Shown here: one piece after another, positions 47,724 to 57,400 of the stretch
How the letters are laid out: every line of letters starts with the position of its first letter
How positions within the stretch are numbered: the stretch's first letter is position 1
Virus record (IMG/VR): IMGVR_UViG_3300020733_000013
Coordinates: 11,891-75,890 of that record
DNA: 64,000 bases
Origin: a virus
Reading direction: 5' to 3' (one strand)
Notes under the pieces: generated by a model
Seen by the model: the letters and a program-made list of their open reading frames with translations, nothing else
What the model was told of the DNA's origin: nothing
The model's database searches: none
Made by a program: the position numbers and the translations under genes

Positions 47724-50700
47724 ATGGCAATATATAATAAGAATCCGCCAGCAGTTGATGCATCAGCAGCCCCAGAATTGAGTGGTGTAGTTCATCACGT
47801 TAATCCTCCTACCGAGCTAGTTAGCAATCGTATTGACACAACATACCTAGATAGAACAACAGAAATTATCAATAATCCGGGTGGGAATAATAATCAAATA
47901 CAATATGCTTATGGTGGACAGTTCAAGGGTGATAATGGTTTTGTATTTGATCCAAACACCAAGTCAGTATATCTACGTGGTAACTTAAACTTAGGTGGAT
48001 ACTTAAAGGGTAAAATCTATACTAACCCATTTAACTTTCATTTGACAGGTGGTGTTGCTGATTCTGTATTGACAACCGATGGCACTGGAAACTTGTCATG
48101 GGGTAACGTACAGACTATTCTAAATTATGGCAACGCAAACGTTGCATCATACTTAGCAAGTTATAGTGGTAACTCAACTGCCAATAATTCTCAGATAAAC
48201 AATTTATCAATAACAAATAGTTTATCAATCAATGGTGGCGGCACACTATCATTAGATGTTAGCCAACTACAATTAGCAGGTGGAACAAACGGACAATATC
48301 TAAAAACATATGGTAATGGTACCGTTGCTTGGTCAACCGATATTGATTTAGAACAAACTAATGTAACATTAACTGGATCAACTATCTCATTAGATAGTGC
48401 AGGTAATAGTGGTGTTTGGGGTGGAAGTATCCCTAATGCAAATGTAATAGGTGGATTTGTAAACAATGATGGTTCCAATAACGCATTAATGACATTTAGC
48501 ACCAATGGTTCAAATGTAATGTCTATTAACGTAGATGGTAGTATTTTTGCGGGAGGGGCATTTGATACATTAGATAATTTAGACTCGGCAAGTAGTGGTT
48601 GGGTCGTTGCAGGTAATGGTCTTGCACTAACTAATAATGGAAGCAGAATCAAGTTCCATGACGGTACTACACAATATACAGCATATCCAGGTGTTGATGC
48701 AGTTATCAGTGAGAGTGATCCTGGCTTAGGCGATGGGCGTGTTTGGTTTAACAGTGTTGAAGGTCGTGCTTTTATAAAGTATAGTGGACAGTGGGTAGAT
48801 ATGAACCCACAAATTGCACCTAATCCTGATTTAAATGCAAACTCAATTACATTTGAAGACGGTAGTGTATTAACTACGGGTAATATTCAGGGTAGTTCTT
48901 ATAGTAATAGCAACGTAGCAAGTTATTTACCAACGTACACTGGTAATATTTCTGCAAACAATGTATTGTTATCAAGTACATTAGTTACTAGTTCAATTCA
49001 AGGTAATACGGGTCTTGTTATCAATTCAACTGATACAATGAACATGTTGGTTAATAATGTGAGTGGTATCGAAGTGACCGGTGGCTCAGTTGGTATATAT
49101 GCTCAAAATATATTGTCGTTACAATTCGATGGAGCCAACGCAGATTTTAGAAATCAACATGTTAATAATGTCAACTCACTTAATGTAAATGGAAACATTA
49201 CAGGAAACTACATTATTGGTAATGGTAGTCAACTAACAGATATAATTACATCTAATTTAACAAACACTACTCAAACGTTTGTACTTAACAATGATGGGTC
49301 GTTTGGTGTAAAAGATAGTGGTAGTGCGACTAACTTCAACCTTGACCAAACAACACCTAATATTGATTTAAGAACAAGTCATGGTACTGGTTTCTTTACA
49401 TCAGCTTCTACTATTACATTTAGAACCAATGGAGTTAAAAATTGGATTTTTGACGGTAGTGGTAACTTAAGTACTCAAGGTAGTATTAATCTTGGCGCAA
49501 CACATGGTAACATTGTTGTAGGTGATGCAACTCCTACAGGTTCGCCCGGCTTAAGTGCGTCTAGCAGTCTAACACTTACTGCAAACAGAGAAGGAACATC
49601 TACATGGATGGTCTTTGGTGCTGACGGTAACTTATCTTTACCCGGCAATTTGTCTTATGTTGGATCTGATTCTGCAAATATCATTGGATTTAACTCAGCT
49701 AATTTTGCAGGTAATTTAAGTGCTTCTAATATATATACCAACAACTATTATCTAGCTAACGGTGATCCATTACCGTTAGTATCAGGATCAAGTAATGTTA
49801 CAACGACTGGTAATGTTACTGCAGGTAATGTAATTGCAGGTAACTTCAGTGGTAATGGTAGTCAATTGACACATATCAGTGGTGCAAACGTTGTTGGCAC
49901 AGTAGCTAATGCAAACTATGCTGTTTATTCAGGTACTGCTTATAGTGTGTCAGGAAGTAATGTCTCTGGTACAGTCGCTTTAGCAAGTCATGCCACTGTT
50001 GCTGATTCAGCAAATAGTGTATCAGGAAGCAATGTATCTGGTCCAGTAGCATTCGCAACAGTTGCTAATAGTGTAGCCGCTGCTAACGTATCTGGATTAG
50101 GTAACGTATCATTAATTAATAAAGACGGTAATGCGAGCAATGTATTATATGGAAATGGTGTATTTGCTGCACCTGCACCAAGCTCTAGTTATAGTAACAG
50201 CAATGTAACAACACTATTATCAAGTTTTGGTAGCAACACACTAGTAACAACAGGTAACGTAACCGCAGGATATTTCATTGGTAACGGTAGTCAATTAACT
50301 GGATTACCTGCAAGTTACGCAAATAGCAATGTTGCAACATACTTACCAACTTATACAGGTACATTACCAAACGTAGGGTCTATAACTGCTAATGGTGCTA
50401 TTACTTCAAATAATACAATCACTGGCGCTAATATAATTGCTAACGGAAATGTTACTGTCAACACACTATTGTTATATGGATCAAATGCTACACTATCCAC
50501 TACAAATGGTAGTTCTGTACAGTTTGCTGGCAGAGTCAACTTTAACAATACTGGAACAAGTTTTGTTGCTAGCGGAAACGCCAACGTAAACGGTAGTTTA
50601 ATAGTTGGATCTAGTGTATCACTAAGCGGTAATCTTACATTGACTAATTCAGGATATATTACAACTACTAGCGGAACAAATGGTAACGTAAACATTGATC

Positions 50701-51284
50701 CTGATGGTACAGGTAACGTAAACGTAACCGGTAATGTAATTATTAGCGGCTCAGTGACTGGTGGTGGAATTAGACAAACTACTGCAACATCAGCACCAAG
50801 TAGTCCTACTGTCGGCGACCAATGGTACAATAGTTCAACTGATGTATTGTATCAATATGTTAATGATGGTGTAAGTAGTTATTGGTTAGACATTGCAGGT
50901 CCAGGATACAGTAATCCACAAACCATTACCAAAGTATCTAATTTTGTAAATGCAGGTACATTTGTCACACTAGACAATATCAAAGCTACAGTAACAACAA
51001 GTGGTAATCGTGGATTAAGTTTATCCGGAGTATCGAGTTCGTTTACTGCTACAATAGGTGCTACTTATGCTGTAAGCGGTGGCACAGGTGGCTCAAGCAC
51101 CAATGGTACAACATCTATCACTACCACTCCTTCAACTGCTGCCTTTGGTTGGAACTTTACAGGTAATGGTGATATATCAACATACATTGTCACTGACACA
51201 ACAAATAATAGAGCCTATCGCATTACATTGCAAATAGGCGGTGGCTACAACAATAACATGATTACAATTGAGAGGTTAATCTAA
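47724..51284 (+). CDS. Tail fibre-like protein
   Basis: Repeats YxNxNVAxYL, GNGSQLT, LTTDGTGNLSW, APSSPTVGDQWYNS. Confidence 0.75.
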   Translation: MAIYNKNPPAVDASAAPELSGVVHHVNPPTELVSNRIDTTYLDRTTEIINNPGGNNNQIQYAYGGQFKGDNGFVFDPNTKSVYLRGNLNLGGYLKGKIYTNPFNFHLTGGVADSVLTTDGTGNLSWGNVQTILNYGNANVASYLASYSGNSTANNSQINNLSITNSLSINGGGTLSLDVSQLQLAGGTNGQYLKTYGNGTVAWSTDIDLEQTNVTLTGSTISLDSAGNSGVWGGSIPNANVIGGFVNNDGSNNALMTFSTNGSNVMSINVDGSIFAGGAFDTLDNLDSASSGWVVAGNGLALTNNGSRIKFHDGTTQYTAYPGVDAVISESDPGLGDGRVWFNSVEGRAFIKYSGQWVDMNPQIAPNPDLNANSITFEDGSVLTTGNIQGSSYSNSNVASYLPTYTGNISANNVLLSSTLVTSSIQGNTGLVINSTDTMNMLVNNVSGIEVTGGSVGIYAQNILSLQFDGANADFRNQHVNNVNSLNVNGNITGNYIIGNGSQLTDIITSNLTNTTQTFVLNNDGSFGVKDSGSATNFNLDQTTPNIDLRTSHGTGFFTSASTITFRTNGVKNWIFDGSGNLSTQGSINLGATHGNIVVGDATPTGSPGLSASSSLTLTANREGTSTWMVFGADGNLSLPGNLSYVGSDSANIIGFNSANFAGNLSASNIYTNNYYLANGDPLPLVSGSSNVTTTGNVTAGNVIAGNFSGNGSQLTHISGANVVGTVANANYAVYSGTAYSVSGSNVSGTVALASHATVADSANSVSGSNVSGPVAFATVANSVAAANVSGLGNVSLINKDGNASNVLYGNGVFAAPAPSSSYSNSNVTTLLSSFGSNTLVTTGNVTAGYFIGNGSQLTGLPASYANSNVATYLPTYTGTLPNVGSITANGAITSNNTITGANIIANGNVTVNTLLLYGSNATLSTTNGSSVQFAGRVNFNNTGTSFVASGNANVNGSLIVGSSVSLSGNLTLTNSGYITTTSGTNGNVNIDPDGTGNVNVTGNVIISGSVTGGGIRQTTATSAPSSPTVGDQWYNSSTDVLYQYVNDGVSSYWLDIAGPGYSNPQTITKVSNFVNAGTFVTLDNIKATVTTSGNRGLSLSGVSSSFTATIGATYAVSGGTGGSSTNGTTSITTTPSTAAFGWNFTGNGDISTYIVTDTTNNRAYRITLQIGGGYNNNMITIERLI

Positions 51285-52633
51285 TGAGTTTTCCAGCAAG
51301 TCCAACAAATGGGCAATTAGTAACAATTAACAATATCACTTATCAGTGGAATAGTACTAGTAATACTTGGACTCGTTCAAGCCCCACAACCGGGTACTTA
51401 TCAGATTATATTCAAGTAGTTGATTCTACTGATAACAGTGGTATGACTACAAATAGTGTCATGGTCTTTGATACTGTATTAAGTGGTTCAGGCATACCAT
51501 ATAATACAAGCACAGGTGTGTTTACATTAACCGGTGGCAAAACTTATGAATTGTATGCAAGTCTTAACTGGTCAGGTTTTAGTGACGCATCAGGTGGATG
51601 GATGGCATATCAATGGGTAGATGCAACTGCAGGTACTGGGCTAATACCTAACAACGGTGCTATTGCACTAGCAGAACCTATCAATCGCAACACTAACGAA
51701 ACTATTCAACCCGGTGTAAAGGTACTTTATACACCTACAACAAATCAAACAGTTAAACTTATGGTAACTGGGTCTAGTGGCACTGCTACTACTCGTGGTA
51801 ACTTTGGTTGTTACGCAACCATAATGCAAATTGGCGGTAGCAGTTTAATGTCTAATGTTACTATCGGCGGTGGAGCTGCTAGTACAAGCACAACTACAGG
51901 TGCAGTGATTGTTAACGGTGGCGCAGGTATATCAGGCAATACAAACATTGGTGGTAATATTATCACAGTCGGTACAATCACATCTGTTGGTAATGTAAAC
52001 AGTACTGCGTTTGCTGTAGGCAACGGAGCTGTTGGAAATGTTGCATTAGGATTTTTCCCAACAGCAGGAACAGCAGCAATGATGGCTATTCGTGATTATT
52101 CTACTGTTAATAGTTCTGTATATTTTGATACAGTTATTGGTAGTAATGCTACCGGTGGTTCGTTTCAATTTAGAGGAAGTAATGCATTTACTCAATATGC
52201 TAATATTAATAGTTATGGCATTAATCTACCAACAAGACCTGCATTTAGAGTATATGGCTCCGGCAGCTCCGGCATCAGTGCTACGACAACATTGACCAGC
52301 AGTAATTTTACACTTGACTATCAACAAGGTTCAGCTTTGAATACATCAACTGGTGTATTCACAGCGCCTATTGCCGGATTATATTACATAACGCTTGTCG
52401 CAAGAATTTATAGTACTAGCACTGTGGCTAGTTCAATACAGGTAAACAAAACTAGTGGAGGTACTACAACTACACAAGTTTATCTAGAATGGGCTGCCAA
52501 TACTTCAGTGAACCACATAGGTGGTAGTACCATTGCCAAGTTAGCTGTCGGTGATACTTTGGTATTAAAAGTAACTAACGGTAATATAATCTTTGACGCT
52601 AACGATAACTGGTGCGTGGCATATATTGGATAA
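51284..52633 (+). CDS. Fibre/adhesin with C1q-like domains
   Basis: RPAFRV...NTSTGVFTAPIAGLYY...LAVGDTL; a second YNTSTGVFTL unit in the N-terminal half. Confidence 0.75.
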   Translation: MSFPASPTNGQLVTINNITYQWNSTSNTWTRSSPTTGYLSDYIQVVDSTDNSGMTTNSVMVFDTVLSGSGIPYNTSTGVFTLTGGKTYELYASLNWSGFSDASGGWMAYQWVDATAGTGLIPNNGAIALAEPINRNTNETIQPGVKVLYTPTTNQTVKLMVTGSSGTATTRGNFGCYATIMQIGGSSLMSNVTIGGGAASTSTTTGAVIVNGGAGISGNTNIGGNIITVGTITSVGNVNSTAFAVGNGAVGNVALGFFPTAGTAAMMAIRDYSTVNSSVYFDTVIGSNATGGSFQFRGSNAFTQYANINSYGINLPTRPAFRVYGSGSSGISATTTLTSSNFTLDYQQGSALNTSTGVFTAPIAGLYYITLVARIYSTSTVASSIQVNKTSGGTTTTQVYLEWAANTSVNHIGGSTIAKLAVGDTLVLKVTNGNIIFDANDNWCVAYIG

Positions 52634-52649
52634 GACTAAATACTAAGAT

Positions 52650-52859
52650 ATGATAACTTTCCCACAAAATCCAGCGGTAAATCAAGAATATGTAGCGACA
52701 AATGCAGTCACTTATGTCTGGACCGGTAACCGCTGGGACAGCATAACAGCGATTAGAGAAGGCAGTCAATATGTATACGAAGCAGGTTCTGCGAACTCAA
52801 TCTATAACGGTCCCGGCGATGAGATACTCGATGGTGGCGATGTAAACGGCAACGTATAA
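52650..52859 (+). CDS. Small fibre-associated protein
   Basis: N-terminus FPQNP...TYVWTGNRW parallels FPASP...TYQWNSTSNTW of the upstream gene; ends with a DGG motif. Confidence 0.6.
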   Translation: MITFPQNPAVNQEYVATNAVTYVWTGNRWDSITAIREGSQYVYEAGSANSIYNGPGDEILDGGDVNGNV

Positions 52860-52872
52860 ATCAGGAATAAAA

Positions 52873-54474
52873 ATGACAACAAGAATAAAAATCAGACGAG
52901 ATTCATCTAGTAATTGGAGCACAGTTAATCCAATATTAGCCTTAGGAGAACTAGGACTAGACACTACTCTTAATAAGTTAAAAGTAGGTGATGGCACCAC
53001 TCATTGGACTAGTTTAAATTTTATTCACGATGGTGCTGATACCGGTGATATCAGTTTCAATGGTACATGGATACACAACACAGGTTCGGGCAATATCTAT
53101 ATTAGTCCGCAAGACGGTAACACATGGTTATATTTACCAAGTGACAGTCAAGCTGGTAGTGAGACGGTTGACTTAGCAAACGTTGATGACAACGGAGTAG
53201 TTACTATCAGAACCAATAGTCATGTATGGTCATTTGATAGTACAGGTAAATTAAATGTCCCTCAAAATGCAGGCATAGACGTTAACTGGGCAAGTGATAC
53301 TGCAGGTAGTGGTAGTGATGGACACTATGATTCTGCAAGAATTAATAATGACCATGCAAATGGATTATACATCACAAACACAATGGATGGTACTCCTAGT
53401 ACTTGGTTGTTTGGTAAAGAAGGCAATCTAACACTACCCTCAAATTCTAGTGCAATTAACTATGCGAATGGCACAAGCATTTTAAGTGGGTTAGGTGTTA
53501 ATAGTATTGATGGTGGTTTAGCTGACAATAGTGTTGGAATCACAATAACTACATATACTCTCGCTACTGACACAGGTGGATATGACAACAGTGGTTCAGT
53601 AACATACAACATTGCTAGTGAAGGTGCATTAACAGCCGGAGTATTTATAAAAGGTCTTACAGTAGGTCATACACAAACAATAACCGGTGACTATAATCAA
53701 GGTGACAATACTGTATCTTGGGGTCAGAGTGGTATAGATTACGAATTGTGGGAACAAGTAGCATCAGTGACAGCGTTTGTTACCGATAGTAGAGGTTACA
53801 CATTCTATACAGTAGTACAAGATTCATGGGATGTTCCGCATGGTCCTTGTTTAGTTGAAGGCACTCAGATTACAATGGCTGATGGCTCACACAAAGCTAT
53901 TGAAGATATTCAACATGGTGAACTAGTTCGTGTATGGAACTTTGACTTAGGTGAATTCAGTGAAGCACAACCAATATGGATCAAAGTTGCAGAAGAAACA
54001 ACTGGACACGATGTTTATACATTCAGTGACGGTACAAAACTACGCACAGTTGGACATCATGTGTTTAACAAAGAAGCTGGTAAGTTTACTAAGTTGAAAT
54101 ACAAAGATACTCCAATCGGAACTACAACGTTCAATGAGAAGGGTGAAGAAGTTACACTATTAAGTAAAGAGCGTGTAACAGAACCAACTCGTTATTACAA
54201 CGTATGGACTCAATACCACTTGAACTTGTTTGCTGATGGTATATTAACAAGTAACAGATTCAACAACACATACCCAATCGTTGACATGAAGTTTGTCAAA
54301 GATGATAGAAAACTAAGAGATATCAGTGAGTTTGCTGGTATTGATGAGAAATATATCAGTGGATTAAGATTACAAGAACAATCACAAGAATACACTGCTC
54401 AATATATCAGTGATTACGTTCACAATAGATTAGAGCGTTTAGATATCGCTAATCAAAAAACACAGGAAGTATAA
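52873..54474 (+). CDS. Fibre protein: Mtd-N-like domain plus C-terminal Hint domain
   Basis: IKIRRD..NW...NPILALGELGLDT..KLKVGDG...W..L; CLVEGTQITMADGSHKAIEDI...YNV...FADGILTSN. Confidence 0.8.
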   Translation: MTTRIKIRRDSSSNWSTVNPILALGELGLDTTLNKLKVGDGTTHWTSLNFIHDGADTGDISFNGTWIHNTGSGNIYISPQDGNTWLYLPSDSQAGSETVDLANVDDNGVVTIRTNSHVWSFDSTGKLNVPQNAGIDVNWASDTAGSGSDGHYDSARINNDHANGLYITNTMDGTPSTWLFGKEGNLTLPSNSSAINYANGTSILSGLGVNSIDGGLADNSVGITITTYTLATDTGGYDNSGSVTYNIASEGALTAGVFIKGLTVGHTQTITGDYNQGDNTVSWGQSGIDYELWEQVASVTAFVTDSRGYTFYTVVQDSWDVPHGPCLVEGTQITMADGSHKAIEDIQHGELVRVWNFDLGEFSEAQPIWIKVAEETTGHDVYTFSDGTKLRTVGHHVFNKEAGKFTKLKYKDTPIGTTTFNEKGEEVTLLSKERVTEPTRYYNVWTQYHLNLFADGILTSNRFNNTYPIVDMKFVKDDRKLRDISEFAGIDEKYISGLRLQEQSQEYTAQYISDYVHNRLERLDIANQKTQEV

Positions 54475-54476
54475 GA

Positions 54477-57400
54477 ATGTCAACAATTCAAATTAGAAAA
54501 GATACATCAGATAATTGGGCAGCAGCCAATCCAACACTTGCATTAGGTGAGTTAGGTTTAGATACAACACATAATCAAATTAAAGCAGGTGACGGTGTTA
54601 CAGCATGGGATAGTTTACCCTATCTTAAAGGAGATACAGGTAACATAACATTTAGTGGCGGCGAACTTAACAATTCGACAGGTGGAGATATAGCTATTAC
54701 ACCAAGCGAAGGTAACACAGCTTTAATCTTACCCGGTGATACTAACTCTAACGCAGGCGAACCTACATTCCTTCAGAATACAGGATCTGGTGGTATTGTA
54801 CTATCTACTGGTCAAGGTAATTTAAATATTGGTAATGCTGATGGTCCCACACAACCAACACATTTACATATTAGACAAGACAATCCAGCAAACGTTAATT
54901 TATTCTTAGGTGATGACAATCAATTTGTTAAATTAGCAACTGATGGTACAACAGTTGTTCAAGCAAGAATAGGTTCAGAAGCACAAGCAATAGTTAGTGG
55001 TGCACCTATTGGAATAACATATTCTACTCAAATTACATATATCACTAGAGCAACACCTGCAGTAGTAACGGTTGCTGATACTAGTGGATTAAGTGCAGGT
55101 GTAACAGTTTATTTGCATGAAATCACACAAACAGATTGGATTTCTTTGAGGGATACCTCCTACTATGTAGGTTCAGTAATTGATGGCACTACTTTTAATT
55201 TGTACACTGATTCTGGACTAACAACGCCTCTAAATACCACAGCAATAAATTCTGAATGGGGTGGCGGTGATCCACAAGCAGACGGAAATGCTGTATTATT
55301 GTCAAACCCCGGTGAAGCATATATAATTGCCGGCTTTGATAGTACTAACATTACTAATGGATGGGGTAATTCTTATATAGGCGGCGGCAATGTCACTATT
55401 GAAACAACAAATGGGTTGTTTACATTTGATAGTACCGGTGCTCTTAATTTAGAAGCATACGGTGTCATTCGCAATGGCGGTGAAGGATCAGTTAATATTG
55501 TTGGTAGTAATTTTGCTCAACTACAATGGACTGTTGATGGTATTAATACACCAAATCCAAACTATGATTCAAACGTTTATAATTGGTTGTATGTAGATGA
55601 ATATGGTACACACATTGGTGGTAGCACAAACTATGGATGGGACTTTAATACAAACGGTGTACTAAATGCACCTGCTCTAGGTGAAGTTATTGCTACACAT
55701 GAGTTCAACATCACTGCTAGAGACTATCAACACGAAGGCACTACATTTGTTAATGTATTAAATCCTGCAGAAGTTCAAAACCCAGCAGACAATCAACCTT
55801 TCTACATCAAAGGTGTACAATATTTAAATAACGGTGATATCGTTGTAATTGGTGAAAGTTATGGTTTTAATACAGCATTTGTAAAAAGAATACATAGCAG
55901 TAACACTAGTGGTTACGCAGGAAATACAGTTTGGTCTTATCAACTATCAGGTAGCCCATATGGTTATGGATTAACAACTGACGCTAGTAATAATGTCTAT
56001 ATTACACTACAAAGCAATAATGATAGCTATGTTTTAAAATTAGACAGTAACGGCAATAAAGTATGGGAAACAAAAATTCACGGAACTAGCAAGACTGTAA
56101 ATGGCTTTAATTTAGATTACAACCAGAATGGATCAATAAGTCTTGTTGGTGTAATTAATAGTGGTGGAAACGACCAAAGTTTTATTGCTCAACTTGATTG
56201 TGTTACTGGTGCTGTTAATTGGGAAAAATCTATCAGTGGTGCTGGATATGAAGATAGTTTTGGTATAGGTTGTGATAGTGCAGGTAATACACTAATTGTT
56301 GGTAATACACAAGATTCAAATCCAACTAAAGTATTTTTAGCATTGTTTGATATTAATGGTACTTTAACTTGGCAAAAATACTGGGGTAATGGAATTAATA
56401 TAAACAGTGCATTGCAAGGTGCCGATGTTTGCATTGACAGTTCAGGTAACTGGTATGTTTATACAACATGGAACAATGAGTCTATTAGTGTAGGTGTTAC
56501 AAAAATTGATTCTAGTGGTACTATTATCTGGAGTAAAGGCTTACAAGGTACATGTGAAGATTGGGCAGCAAGTATTGCAGTAGATAGTAGTGATAACCTA
56601 TATATCTATGGTACTATGACTAACCTTAATGGTATGTTTGACCAACAAACTTTCATAGGTGTAATGAGCCCAGCTGGATCATTACTGCATCAACATTACT
56701 TTGGTAAGAGAGGTAATTTTAATTTTCCAGGTGAAGCACCATGGGGCGATAATCCTTATTCAAATCAAGCTGGTCAAATGATTAGTGTTAATGGAACTAA
56801 CATTGTAGTAGCTGGTATGGTATCGACAGTTGGATTTGGTGATAACGCAACAGATCCAACTGAATCAATAACTGGATGGGTCGCACAAGTTCCTGCATTA
56901 TCTAATGATAGTTATAAAATTGGTGAATTTGAATTTTTAGTTTCTAATTTTAGTTTCAGTGATGTTGCTATTACCCCCGGTTCAGGTGCATTAACAATTG
57001 ATAATGCTGGATTAACAGTAACAATTAGCGGATCAGTATTTACATTACAACCTACTAATATCACATTCACAACATATCGTTTAGGTGATATGACATGGAC
57101 ATTTAGACAAGACGGTACACTCAATATGCCTTTTGGTAGCATTGGGTACATGGAATTGGGAACTAATGGCTTAGATTTGTATAGTGATATAGCTTCATGG
57201 GTTGGTCTTAACTATAACAATACCAACTGGGTAAGAGTTACTTCTGACGGTGCGTTTGTCAACACAAGCGGTGAATATCAATGGAGTTTCAACGATGATG
57301 GTTCAACAAGTTTACCAGGTAGTTTACATATCTCTCCAAACAGTGGAAATCCTATCATTGCTGCGAACAACAATAACTCATTAACAGTTGGTGCAGATTT

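Noticed and set aside
53848-54255. Canonical splicing intein
   Set aside because: The +1 residue is Arg, the penultimate His is absent, and there is no endonuclease domain; treated as a cleavage-type Hint domain.
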